The notes under the pieces: model-generated | Databases searched by the model: none | The model's input: the letters and a program-made list of their open reading frames with translations, nothing else | Told to the model about the DNA's origin: nothing | Shown: positions 38,601-50,689 of the stretch, piece after piece | How positions within the stretch are numbered: position 1 is the stretch's first letter | How the letters are laid out: every line of letters begins with the position of its first letter | NCBI RefSeq assembly: GCF_964355755.1 | Contig: NC_092678.1 | Location: forward strand, 11,158,352 to 11,222,351 | DNA: 64,000 nt | Reading direction: 5' to 3' | DNA from: Antedon mediterranea | Lineage: Eukaryota; Animalia; Echinodermata | Translations under genes and position numbers: made by a program

Positions 38601-41532
38601 AAATGATTAATTACTGGCCATTGTATTGAGTTGTACCATTGAATGGAACGAAATGATTAATTACTGGCCATTGAATTGAGTTGTACCATTGAATGGAACA
38701 AAATGATTAATTACTGGCCATTGTATTGAGTTGTATCCTTGAATGGAACAAAATGATTAATTACTGGCCATTGAATTGAGTTGTACCATTGAATGGAACA
38801 AAATGATTAATTATTGGCCATTGTATTGACTTGTACCATTGAATGGAACAAAATGATTAATTACTGGCCATTGTATTGAGTTGTACCATTGAATGGAACG
38901 AAATGGTTAATTACTGGCCATTGTATTGAGTTGTACCATTGAATGGAACAAAATGATTAATTACTGGCCATTGTTTTGAGTTGTACCATTGAATGGAACG
39001 AAATGATTAATTACTGGCAATTGTATTGAGTTGTACCATTGAATGGAACAAAATGATTAATTACTGGCCATTGTTTTGAGTTGTACCATTGAATGGAACG
39101 AAATGATTAATTACTGGCAATTGTATTGAGTTGTACCATTGAATGGAACAAAATGATTAATTATTGGCCATTGTATTGAGTTGTACTATTGAATGGAACA
39201 AAATGATTAATTACTAACCATTGTATTGAGTTGTACCATTGAATGGAACAAAATGATTAATTACTGATCATTGAATGGAACAAAATGATTACTTACTGGC
39301 CATTTTATTGAGTTGTACCATTGAAGGGAACAAATGATTAATTACTGACCATTGAATGGAACAAAATGATTAATTACTGGCCATTGTATTGAGTTGTACC
39401 ATTGAATTGAACAAAATGATTAATTAATTACTGGCCATTGTATTGAATTGTGCTATTGAATTGAACAAAATGATTAATTACTGGCCATTGTATTGAGTTG
39501 TACCATTGAATGGAACAAAATGATTAATTACTGGCCATTGTATTGACTTGTACCATTGAATGGAACAAAATGATTAATTACTGGCCATTGTATTGAGTTG
39601 TACCATTGAATGGAACGAAATGATTAATTACTGGCCATTGTATTGAGTTGTACCATTGAATGGAACAAAATGATTAATTACTAACCATTGTATTGAGTTG
39701 TACCATTGAATGGAACAAAATGATTAATTACTGGCCATTGAATTGAGTTGTACCATTGAATGGAACAAAATGATTAATTACTGGCCATTGTATTGAGTTG
39801 TATCCTTGAATGGAACAAAATGATTAATTACTGGCCATTGAATTGAGTTGTACCATTGAATGGAACAAAATGATTAATTATTGGCCATTGTATTGAGTTG
39901 TACCATTGAATGGAAAAAAATGATTAATTACTGGCCATTGTATTGAGTTGTACCATTGAATTGAACAAAATGATTAATTACTGGCCATTGTATTGAGTTG
40001 TACCATTGAATTGAACAAAATGATTAATTACTGTCCATTGTATTGAGTTGTACCATTGAATGGAACAAAATGATTAATTACTGGCCATTGTATTGAGTTG
40101 TACCATTGAATGGAACAAAATGATTAATTACTGGCCATTGTATTGAGTTGTACCATTGAATGGAACAAAATGATTAATTACTGGCCATTGTATTGAGTTG
40201 TACCATTGAATGGAGCAAAATGCTTAATTACTGGCCATTGTATTGAGTTGTACCATTGAATGGAACAAAATGCTTAATTACTGGCCATTGTATTGAGTTG
40301 TACCATTGAATGGAACGAAATGATTAATTACTGGCCATTGTATTGAGTTGTACCATTGAATGGAACAAAATGATTAATTACTAACCATTGTATTGAGTTG
40401 TACCATTGAATGGAACAAACTGATTAATTACTGGCCATTGTATTGAGTTGTACCATTGAATGGAACGAAATGAATAATTACTGGCCATTGTATTGAGTTG
40501 TACCATTGAATGGAACAAAATGATTAATTACTAACCATTGTATTGAGTTCTACCATTGAATGGAACAAAATCATTAATTACTGGCCATTGAATTGAGTTG
40601 TACCATTGAATGGAACTAAATGATTAATTACTGGCCATTGTATTGAGTTGTACCCTTGAATGGAACAAAATGATTATTTACTGGCCATTTAATTGAGTTG
40701 TACCATTGAATGGAACAAAATGATTCATTACTGGCCATTGTATTGAGTTGTACCCTTGAATGGAACAAAATGATTAATTTTTGGCCATTGTATTGAGTTG
40801 TACCATTCAATGGAACAAAATGATTACTTACTGGCCATTTTATTGAGTTGTACCATTGAAGGGAACAAATGATTAATTACTGGCCATTGTATTGAGTTGT
40901 ACCATTGAATGGAACAAAATGATTAATTACTGGCCATTGTATTGAGTTGTACCATTGAATGGAACGAAATGATTAATTACTGGCCATTGTATTGAGTTGT
41001 ACCATTGAATGGAACAAAATGATTAATTACTAACCATTGTATTGAGTTGTACCATTGAATGGAACAAAATAATTAATTACTAACCATTGTATTAAGTTGT
41101 ACCATTGAATGGAACAAAATGATTACTTACTGGCCATTTTATTGAGTTGTACCATTGAAGGGAACAAATGATTAATTACTGGCCATTGTATTGAGTTGTA
41201 CCATTGAATGGAACAAAATTTTGTACAATTGAATGGAAAAAAATGATTAATTACTGGCCATTGTATTGACTTGTACCATTGAATCGAACAAAATGATTAA
41301 TTACTGGCCATTGTATTGAGTTGTACCATTGAATGGAACAAAATGATTAATTACTGGCCATTGTATTGAGTTGTACCATTGAATGGAACAAACTGATTAA
41401 TTACTGGCCATTGCATTGAGTTGTACCATTGAATGGAACAAAATGATTAATTACTGGCCATTGTATTGAGTTGTACCATTGAATGGAACAAAATGATTAA
41501 TCACTGGCCATTGTATTGAGTTGTGCCATTGA
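17666..41532. repeat. 50-bp satellite array, segment 2
   Basis: Same monomer, with a 2030-bp higher-order period around 19-22.6 kb and an irregular junction at about 41220. Confidence 0.99.
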
Positions 41533-41712
41533 TATACAATCGAGAAGCGATGCGAGTAAGACGTGTCGAATAATCGCTCCTGGAAATCAAACATTTCACG
41601 TGTCACACCAGCTGAATGCATTGTTACACATAGTCGCAACCTACGTTTACTATTGTTCATTTACCTCAAGGAATTTTGTTTACTCGATTTCAGTGTTTTA
41701 TTTGCCCGCAAC

Positions 41713-42537
41713 ATGGGCGGTGGTAAGCCAAAAGGAGGACAGAGGGACGATTCGCCTGCAGCCAGGCCACGTCGTAACCAAAAAGAGGCTGAAGGAAAAG
41801 GCATCCCTTGCCTTAATGATAAATTAGATAAGTCCAATTGCGACATAGACTCTAAGGAAATCGCTGGCATTATCCAATCTGAATTGAAACTCTTATTTGA
41901 TGGCAAATCGGACATATTGGATAACTTAGCGAAACAAATAACATCGATGATCAAGGACCAACTGGCTGAGCATATTATGCAAATTGTTAGTAAAGCCACT
42001 ATGGATGCTCTTAGATTTGAACTTGACGAGTCGAATGATCGCATGAAGAAAATGGAACAGGAAATCGAGGACATTAGGGAATCACTGGATGAAAGTGAAC
42101 AATATTCCAGGAGGAACTGTTTGGTGATACACGGACTGGAGGAGAAAGTAGGTGAGAATACCGATAATATTGTTACACAATTATTTAGTTCTAAGATGAA
42201 CCTTACGGTGAATCATAATGACATTGATAGGAGTCACAGACTAGGCCCCAAGAAACCAAGTAACGGCAAGCCCCGGGGAGTTATTGTGAAGTTCGCTCAA
42301 TACAATAAAAGAAATGAAGTTTATAAAGCAAAAAGAAAACTGAAAGGTACCGATACCTTTATAAACGAGAACCTAACAATGAAAAGGATGAAATTGTTAA
42401 GAACCATCAAAACCCAGCATAATTCCGCCTTGACCGCAGTCTGGACCCAAGATGGACGCATACATGTACTAACTAAGAATAATAAGAAGATTATCGTAAC
42501 AAAATTTTCCGATCTCAACAAACTGCATTCCACCTAA
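41713..42537 (+). CDS. LINE ORF1p (coiled coil plus RRM-like/CTD nucleic-acid-binding protein)
   Basis: First ATG at 41713 (MGGGKPK; the ORF track opens at a non-ATG codon at 41563). Motifs EQYSRRNCLVIHGLEE, IDRSHRLG, PRGVIVKF, FINENLT, WTQDG. Confidence 0.9.
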   Translation: MGGGKPKGGQRDDSPAARPRRNQKEAEGKGIPCLNDKLDKSNCDIDSKEIAGIIQSELKLLFDGKSDILDNLAKQITSMIKDQLAEHIMQIVSKATMDALRFELDESNDRMKKMEQEIEDIRESLDESEQYSRRNCLVIHGLEEKVGENTDNIVTQLFSSKMNLTVNHNDIDRSHRLGPKKPSNGKPRGVIVKFAQYNKRNEVYKAKRKLKGTDTFINENLTMKRMKLLRTIKTQHNSALTAVWTQDGRIHVLTKNNKKIIVTKFSDLNKLHST

Positions 42538-42802
42538 TTTACCGTGTGGTAGTACATTAAATGTGAAATTTTGAGATTTCTTGTTTTTGCCCTGAAACCA
42601 GAATTTTAACTATTGTATACATTATAGACTGCATTAACTGTTTGGTGTGTGTGCTTTATTGTGATTCTTTTTATTGTAAATTGTGTTTTTTTTTTATTAT
42701 TGTATTGCTAACCTGCCGGTTTTTAGTCATTTATTTGAACGCCATTTTGCTTAACAGCTTTGGTGAATTGATTATATTTTGTTCTTTTTCCAATACTACT
42801 TT

Positions 42803-45796
42803 ATGAGCACGACTCAATATGAAAATAAATCGAGTCCTACACATTCCATAGATTGCTTTGAAAGTGACGAGGCTGGTTTATGCAAATATTTCACTCCAAC
42901 ACAACTTAATGAGCTACAGGCGCAAATTGATAACAATGGTATCTTTACAACGTTACACATGAATGCACGTAGTCTTCCAAAACACTTCGACGAAATTAGC
43001 ATTATGTTAGATACCATAGGTCGTGCGTTTGATGTACTTGGTTTCTCGGAAACCTGGATAAATAAGAACACGCCAATTGACTTATTAAATATCAATGGAT
43101 ACAATATGTACACTTGTAATAGAGAAGGTAGAGTCGGTGGTGGAGTTTGTCTATATTTAAAAGAACAAATCAACACCGTAACACGTGATGATTTTGTATT
43201 TAATGATAACTCCATTGATTCACTTTTTCTAGAAATAATAAACACAAACGGCAAAAATACTATTGTAGGTATGTTGTATCGACCACCAAATTCAAACGTC
43301 AACTCATTTAACTCTGATCTGGAAGAAATCTTACATAAACTTAATCGCGAAAACAAAAACTGCTATATCTTAGGAGATTTTAATCAAGACTTATTAAAAT
43401 ATGACATTCAAAAAACAACACAGGAATTCACAAACATTATTTACTCAACATCTTTTAATCCATTAATCAACTTACCCACCAGAATAACATCGTCTTCTGC
43501 TACTATTTTAGATAATATTATTACAAATGATGATAACATTTCGCATTGTGGAGTAATAGTCACTGACATTACCGATCATCTACCCATTTTCATGACAACA
43601 CACTTGTCATTAAATACTAACACACAAGCTCCAATTACAAAACAAAAAGTAATTAATGATACAACATTAAATAACTTGCTTATTGCTATTTCTAATGAGG
43701 ATTGGGGTGAACTATATTTATGCACAGATACCAATACATCATATAACCTATTTATTAATAAACTATCCAATCTCATAGATAGTAACATACCTACAAAAAG
43801 TAATAAGCCAAATGGTAATACAAAGAAAAAACCATGGATCACAACAGGAATTTTGATTTCAATAAAAAAGAAAAATAAACTTTATAAAAAATACCTTAAA
43901 AACCCAACACAATCATTAAAAAATATATATAAAAAGTACAAAAATAAATTAACTCATTTAATTAGAATTCGGAAAAAACAATATTATTCCAAAAAACTGG
44001 ATGCAGCTCGACACGATTCAAAGCAAACATGGAAAGTTTTAAATGAAGTTCTAAATAGAAAAAAATCGAGTGTTAAGCCAAATGAGGTAATTAACCATAG
44101 TAATAAAACTTTGGTATGTGATCCAAAAGGTATGTCTGACGCTTTTAATGACTTCTTCTCCAACATTGGAAATGAATTAGCAAACAAAATACCAAATGTA
44201 AACAATTCTGACTTTAAACAATATATGAAAGAGAGTCAATCCCAATCCATATTTTTCAATCCTACGAATGAAGAAGAGGTCATTGAAATAGTTAGTCAAA
44301 TCAAAAATTCAAATTCAGAAGGTGTTGATAACTTAAGTAATTGCATTCTAAAACATATTATTGCTGCTGTGGCATCTCCTCTTGTACATATCTTTAACCT
44401 CTCTCTTGAGACAGGCATGGTCCCTGATAGTATGAAAGTAGCTAGAGTAGTTCCAATTTTTAAATCTGGCAATAAAAGTGACGTCAGTAATTATAGGCCG
44501 ATCTCTATTCTGCCTACCGCTTCAAAAATTCTTGAAAAAATTGTTCAAATTAGAGTAAATAATTATATCACAAAGTTTAACATCCTTAATAATGCACAAT
44601 ATGGTTTCAGAAAAAACAGTTCTACTTTTATGGCCGTTATAGATCTGGTTGAACGAATAACCGATGCGCTTGATAAGAAAAAAAATACCATCGGAATATT
44701 TATTGATTTGTCAAAAGCGTTTGACACCATCAACCATGATATACTTCTTAAAAAATTGGAACACTATGGCATAAGAGGCACGGCCCTTAAATGGTTTAGA
44801 AACTATATTAGTGGAAGGAAACAATTTACGTCTATTGATAACACAAGTTCGTGTTTGATGGATATAAATTGCGGTGTACCACAGGGTTCAATTCTGGGGC
44901 CTCTACTTTTTATTTTGTACATTAACGATGTATTTAATTGCTCAAACTCGTTATCTTTTGTTTTATTTGCTGACGACACAAACATATCTGCATCTCACGA
45001 AAACTTGGATACGCTCATAGAACTAGTTAATGGTGAACTAAAAAATGTTTCGGATTGGTTCATGTGCAATAAACTATCAATCAACGTTAAAAAAACTAAT
45101 TACATAATTTTCCGCAATCAGCGAAATCCAAGTAATTTAGAGAATGTAAATATTTATGTCAACAATAAAAGAATAGATAGAGTTAAATCGACTAAATTCC
45201 TTGGAGTACATATTGATGAATTTCTCACATATAAGAACCACATCAATGTTACAGCTAGGAAAATATCTCGATATGTAGGCATACTATATAAAGTAAGACA
45301 TTTTTTACCAACCTATGCTCTCTGGACAATATACAAATCACTCATTGAACCAGTATTAAATTATTGCAACATAATATGGTGTAGCACATTTCCAAGTTAT
45401 TTAGATGAGTTATTTAAACTCCAGAAAAGGGCATTACGAGCTATAACATGGTCAAAGTTTAATGATTCAATGACTGAATGTTTCTATAAATTTAAACTTC
45501 TTAAAATTGCTGATATCAATAAGTACCAAATTGGGCTTTTCATGTATAATGTTACTACTAATCAGGACGTGCGTTTTTCATCGCTCTTTATTAAAAATGG
45601 TTCTTACCATAATTATAATACAAGATCTAAAGACAAAATGAGACTCAGAAAACGTAATCGTACTTCTACTAGTTTTACTGTGTCATGTGTGGGACCCAAA
45701 TTGTGGAATGACTTGAATTACGAACTACAAAGTACCAAATCAATATATATATTTAAATCATTGTTTAAAGAACATTTATTATCATTTTACAAATAA
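42803..45796 (+). CDS. LINE ORF2p: apurinic-type endonuclease plus reverse transcriptase
   Basis: HMNARS, SETW, GGGV, YRPP, GDFN, LDN and TDH APE motifs; NYRPIS, QYGFR, DLSKAFD, GVPQGSILGPLLF, FADD and KFLG RT motifs. Uninterrupted frame, first ATG at 42803. Confidence 0.96.
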   Translation: MSTTQYENKSSPTHSIDCFESDEAGLCKYFTPTQLNELQAQIDNNGIFTTLHMNARSLPKHFDEISIMLDTIGRAFDVLGFSETWINKNTPIDLLNINGYNMYTCNREGRVGGGVCLYLKEQINTVTRDDFVFNDNSIDSLFLEIINTNGKNTIVGMLYRPPNSNVNSFNSDLEEILHKLNRENKNCYILGDFNQDLLKYDIQKTTQEFTNIIYSTSFNPLINLPTRITSSSATILDNIITNDDNISHCGVIVTDITDHLPIFMTTHLSLNTNTQAPITKQKVINDTTLNNLLIAISNEDWGELYLCTDTNTSYNLFINKLSNLIDSNIPTKSNKPNGNTKKKPWITTGILISIKKKNKLYKKYLKNPTQSLKNIYKKYKNKLTHLIRIRKKQYYSKKLDAARHDSKQTWKVLNEVLNRKKSSVKPNEVINHSNKTLVCDPKGMSDAFNDFFSNIGNELANKIPNVNNSDFKQYMKESQSQSIFFNPTNEEEVIEIVSQIKNSNSEGVDNLSNCILKHIIAAVASPLVHIFNLSLETGMVPDSMKVARVVPIFKSGNKSDVSNYRPISILPTASKILEKIVQIRVNNYITKFNILNNAQYGFRKNSSTFMAVIDLVERITDALDKKKNTIGIFIDLSKAFDTINHDILLKKLEHYGIRGTALKWFRNYISGRKQFTSIDNTSSCLMDINCGVPQGSILGPLLFILYINDVFNCSNSLSFVLFADDTNISASHENLDTLIELVNGELKNVSDWFMCNKLSINVKKTNYIIFRNQRNPSNLENVNIYVNNKRIDRVKSTKFLGVHIDEFLTYKNHINVTARKISRYVGILYKVRHFLPTYALWTIYKSLIEPVLNYCNIIWCSTFPSYLDELFKLQKRALRAITWSKFNDSMTECFYKFKLLKIADINKYQIGLFMYNVTTNQDVRFSSLFIKNGSYHNYNTRSKDKMRLRKRNRTSTSFTVSCVGPKLWNDLNYELQSTKSIYIFKSLFKEHLLSFYK

Positions 45797-45873
45797 TTTT
45801 AAAAATTATACTTGTTGCAGGATTTAGCTTTTTTATTATTTATGTTTTAGTTTTTTAGGCTAGTTAGGGACTT

Positions 45874-45921
45874 AGGGGGACACAACTAATCAAGCTCTTT
45901 TGAGTTTTTATGTGTTTCCTT
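45874..45921 (+). other. 3' UTR stem-loop of the LINE
   Basis: AGGGGGACACA pairs with TGTGTTTCCTT, enclosing AAGCTC-TTTT-GAGTTT. Such stems are typical 3' recognition elements in CR1/L2 LINEs. Confidence 0.55.
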
Positions 45922-46001
45922 TTCATCTTTTTTATGTTCTCATATATTGTTGTTGTATATTTTCATGATAGAGGATGAATAAAGAATATTTGAATTTGAA
46001 T

Positions 46002-48162
46002 TTGAATGGAACAAAATGATTAATTACTGGCCATTGTATTGAGTGGTACCATTGAATGGAACAAAATGATTAATTACTGGCCATTGTATTGAGTTGTACC
46101 ATTGAATGGAACGAAATGATTAATTACTGGCCATTGTATTGAGTTGTACCATTGAATGGAACAAGATGATTAATTACTGGCCATTGTATTGAGTTGTACC
46201 ATTGATTGGAACAAAATGATTAATTACTGGCCATTGCATTGAGTTGTACCATTGAATGGAACAAAATGATTAATTACTGGCCATTGCATTGAGTTGTACC
46301 ATTGAATGGAACAAAATGATTAATTACTGGCCATTGTATTTAGTTGTACCATTGAATGAAACAAAATGATTAATTACTGGCCATTGTATTGAGTTGTACC
46401 ATTGAATGGAACAAAATGATTAATTACTGGCCATTGCATTGAGTTGTACCATTGAATGGAACAAACTGATTAATTACTGGCCATTGCATTGAGTTGTACC
46501 ATTGAATGGAACAAAATGATTAATTACTGGCCATTGTATTGAGTTGTACCATTGAATGGAACAAAATGATTAATCACTGGCCATTGTATTGAGTTGTGCC
46601 ATTGAATGGAACAAAATGATTAATTACTGGCCATTGTATTGAGTGGTACCATTGAATGGAACGAAATGATTAATTACTGGCCATTGTATTGAGTTGTACC
46701 ATTGAATGGAACAAAATGATTAATTACTGGCCATTGTATTGAGTTGTACCATTGAATGGAACGAAATGATTAATTACTGGCCATTGTACTGAGTTGTATC
46801 ATTGAATGGAACAAGATGATTAATTACTGGCCATTGTATTGAGTTGTTCCATTGATTGGAACAAAATGATTAATTACTGGCCATTGCATTGAGTTGTACC
46901 ATTGAATGGAACAAAATGATTAATTACTGGCCATTGTATTTAGTTGTACCATTGAATGAAACAAAATGATTAATTACTGGCCATTGTATTGAGTTGTACC
47001 ATTGAATGGAACAAAATGATTAATTACTGGCCATTGCATTGAGTTGTACCATTGAATGGAACAAAATGATTAATTACTGGCCATTGCATTGAGTTGTACC
47101 ATTGAATGGAACAAAATGATTAATTACTGGCCATTGTATTGAGTTGTACCATTGAATGGAACAAAATGATTAATCACTGGCCATTGTATTGAGTTGTGCC
47201 ATTGAATGGAACAAAATGATTAATTACTGGCCATTGTATTGAGTGGTACCATTGAATGGAACAAAATGATTAATTACTGGCCATTGTATTGAGTTGTAGC
47301 ATTGAATGGAACGAAATGATTAATTACTGGCCATTGTATTGAGTTGTACCATTGAATGGAACAAGATGATTAATTACTGGCCATTGTATTGAGTTGTACC
47401 ATTGATTGGAACAAAATGATTAATTACTGGCCATTGCATTGAGTTTTACCATTGAATGGAACAAAATGATTAATTACTGGCCATTGTATTGAGTTGTACC
47501 ATTGAATGGAACAAAATGATTAATTACTGGCCATTGTATTGAGTTGTACCATTGAATGGAAGAAAATGATTAATTACTGGCCATTGCATTGAGTTGTACC
47601 ATTGAATGGAAGAAAATGATTAATTACTGGCCATTGTATTTAGTTGTACCATTGAATGGAACAAAATGATTAATTACTGGCCATTGTATTGAGTTGTACC
47701 ATTGAATGGAACAAAATGATTAATTACTGGCCATTGTATTGAGTTGTGCCATTGAATGGAACAAAATGATTAATTACTGGCCATTGTATTGAGTTTTACC
47801 ATTGAATGGAACAAAATGATTAATTAATGGCCATTGTATTGAGTTGTGCCATTGAATGGAACAAAATGATTAATTACTGGCCATTGTATTGAGTTTTACC
47901 ATTGAATGGAACAAAATGATTAATTACTGAGTTGTACCATTGAATGGAACAAAATGATTAATTACTGGCCATTGTATTGAGTTGTACCATTAAATGGAAC
48001 GAAATGATTAATTAATGGCCATTGTATTGAGTTGTACCATTGAATGGAACAAAATGATTAATTACTGGCCATTGCATTAAGTTGTACCATTGAATGGAAC
48101 AAAATGATTAATTACTGGCCATTGTATTGAGTTGTACCATTGAATGGAACAAAATGATTAAT
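46002..48162. repeat. 50-bp satellite array, terminal segment
   Basis: Same monomer with a distinct variant set and 600-bp periodicity. Ends abruptly at about 48162. Confidence 0.99.
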
Positions 48163-48193
48163 GTCACTAATGTCATACAAAATCAAAAAATTA

Positions 48194-49558
48194 AACTAGA
48201 TTTAATTCGTCACTATGACGAATTATAGGTTATATGCATTAATTTAAATAAAGATAATTGATTGATTTAAGATATATTGATTGATTGATTTTCTCAGAAT
48301 TAGTTATTTATAATTAATATATGATAGGATCTTGCTAACGCAAATACAATAGCCGGTATCATAATCCGATCAAAGATCCTTCTGCGTATATAATGTCATA
48401 AACCACATTTGTGTTTTTATTTAGATTTCATTATAAACCATGTGTATAATCTATACACTAAGAAATACAATTGAACAAACAATACGGATAATAAAATAAA
48501 ATCTTATTTCGTTTCGTTTCCCAAGGTGAGACTCGAACTCGGTACCTTGAATGCTATAGACACGAGCAAAGACCACCGAGTCATACACAACTGACTAAAA
48601 GTTATGGAAAGATTCCTCCGTGTACTATGCAGTAACCACTTTGTTACAGATAGATTATTACATACCGCAATGAATTATAATGTTTTACTATGATGACATC
48701 TTTAAAAATTTTTTTAAATGATGCACTGTCAAACTATATACTTTTAACTTTAATATATGAACTTCTTAAGGAAGAAAGTTAATGTTAAGTTTGTTATTTC
48801 GGCCTAAGAAAATGTTGTAATTTGTTTGGTTGTCGAAATTAATTTTTTTAAATTTAAAATGCCATTAATGATGACTTAATCAACTTTTGTCCTCTTAATT
48901 TCATAATAAATCATACATATGATACAAACACTTCAAGAAAATAGGTGTTCCTGAGCATTCTAACGATATATATTAATTTTAAAATTTAGCATATTTTCAC
49001 CATTTTGTTAACTTACACGTGCTCGTATAACGCTGTTTCGAAAAGTGAATAAAATATGATATTATTAAAGAAAAATTATACAACAGTAATCGGACAAAAA
49101 CAGTGCAAATTAACGTTTGACGCGCAGTGTGCGTGCAAAAATCTGCGCACTCATGGCAATTTTTTAAACGCTTAAAATTGCCTGAAACGTCGAAAATAAA
49201 TTCTGACAATATTGAACATTTTAAGCTACGCACGTGATTGTATTGCTATATGATGAAATATGACCTGAAATTTGTGAGTACCAAATTTTGTTTAAAAGTG
49301 ATTCATGCTTGTGAAGATATGATTACAAACGTGATTTCGTTAAATCGCGCGTAAACTGCGTAATGTTTGATTGCGCACCATGAAAACATAACCACATCGA
49401 TTCCTGGCCATAAGGAATATACTCTGAAAAATTGACTTAGCTAGATGAAACTGATGCCAAGATAATTCACGGACAAAATAGGGCTAAGGAAAGAATAAAT
49501 AAATAAAGATCCTGACAGAATCAAGAGGTTATATACATGATAATGCATATAACCTAAT
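48194..49558 (-). mobile_element. Non-autonomous Helentron/DINE-like rolling-circle element
   Basis: Perfect 16-bp subterminal inverted repeats TAGGTTATATGCATTA (48226-48241 and 49541-49556); partial inverted copy at 49526-49535 forming a 5' hairpin; 3' hairpin TAATTCGTCA-CTA-TGACGAATTA (48203-48225) followed by CTAG-TTT on the minus strand. Confidence 0.75.
48518..48590 (-). promoter_or_regulatory. tRNA-derived (SINE-head-like) segment with Pol III A/B boxes
   Basis: Minus strand TGACTCGGTGGT...CCGAGTTCGAGTCTCACCTTGGGA. B box and T-arm are recognisable but the cloverleaf is incomplete. Confidence 0.55.
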
Positions 49559-49907
49559 TACGTCATCATGATTATTTTATTGTCTTCAGTCCTAATATAA
49601 TAGTGCATATTATTACTGAATTAATATTACAATATTTTGCCTTAAGTTCCAAGTTAATTGCCTAACCATAATTACTGGAATAAACAATTGATGACTTACG
49701 ATTTGCAACTAGAAGATGAAATACAGTAGTAGGAAGCAATGAAGTACGAAACCTACAAAAAATATGATTAACATTAAATGTTTATAGTAAACACAAGTTT
49801 TGAAATAATTTAATAAATTAATCTGTAAAGTTAAATGAGGCACTGTTACAAACGGAAATTTGGGAGGGCAATGTGGAATTATATTTCATTATTTACAGGT
49901 AAGTCAA

Positions 49908-50172
49908 ACTGTTTTAAATATGGTTCAGAGTCATGTCACAAAAACTATTTTAAACATGGTTCACAGTTATGTCACAAAAATTATTTTAACAAATTGTTCA
50001 GAGTCATGTCACAAAAACTATTTTAAACATGGTTCAGAGTCATGTCACAAAAACTATTTTAAACATGGTTCAGAGTCATGTCATAAAAACTATTTTAAAC
50101 ATGGTTCAGAGTCATGTCACAAAAACTATTTTAAACATGGTTCAGAGTCATGTCACAAAAACTATTTTAACA
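49908..50172. repeat. 36-bp minisatellite, about 7 copies
   Basis: Unit GGTTCAGAGTCATGTCACAAAAACTATTTTAAACAT. Confidence 0.95.
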
Positions 50173-50398
50173 AATCAAAATATCAATAACTATAAAAAGA
50201 AAATTAATTAATCTTAAAAAAATATCCTCAGCAGGAAGTGAACAAGGGATCTCAACTGTGAAAGGCTGGAAATTTTAGGTACGGGAATTATACTGTAGGT
50301 GAGGGTATGCACTCTCGGAGTGCCTTCTCTAATACTATATATTAATTGTATTTTCAACATAAATTGTTAATTGTTATAATTTTGAAATTGAATTTCAC

Positions 50399-50451
50399 CT
50401 TGCTAAGTTGTCTATGTGTGTCTGGAGTCCACCTAAGAATTCATTGTTTAC
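50399..50451 (-). CDS. Putative 53-nt coding exon of an unidentified gene (VNNEFLGGLQTHIDNLA)
   Basis: Acceptor ttatttcag, donor AAG/gtgaaa. Phase-compatible with the exon at 51605-51669. Confidence 0.5.
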
Positions 50452-50689
50452 CTGAAATAATAACATTAATATCAGTGTTTGTCATGCACATTCTGTGAAC
50501 CAAAGCAATCAGGAAAATATAGGCCTGCATACTTTAATTATAGACAAAATCAGCAGCGTGTAAGACAAATTATAGTTGATTGGTGTCATTTAGTTCAATG
50601 AAAGTTACATTAGTATCTCTATGCAGTCGATCTACCTACATATTGTTAGGCGTTGTTGTGTTTTCGGCCCTATGGAACAAGCTCTCAGA

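Larger units (their letters stand above)
41533..46005 (+). mobile_element. Apparently full-length CR1/L2-group (Crack-like) non-LTR retrotransposon
   Basis: 5' UTR, ORF1, spacer, APE-RT ORF2, 3' stem-loop, AATAAA and a (TTTGAA)3 tail merging into satellite TTGAATGG. The clade assignment is tentative. Confidence 0.93.

Noticed and set aside
40628-41660. Minus-strand ORFs with NGTTQYNGQ repeats
   Set aside because: Translations of satellite monomers in which point variants removed stop codons.
41661-44985. Antisense ORFs within the LINE
   Set aside because: Shadows of ORF1 and ORF2.
1-48162. CRISPR-like regular repeats
   Set aside because: Monomers are contiguous with no unique spacers, there are no cas genes, and the context is eukaryotic.
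48518-48590. Functional tRNA gene
   Set aside because: Acceptor and anticodon stems do not pair convincingly; kept only as a tRNA-derived segment.
49835-50211. ORFs with KNYFKHGSESCH repeats resembling zinc fingers
   Set aside because: Product of the 36-bp minisatellite, open in several frames, with wrong Cys/His spacing.
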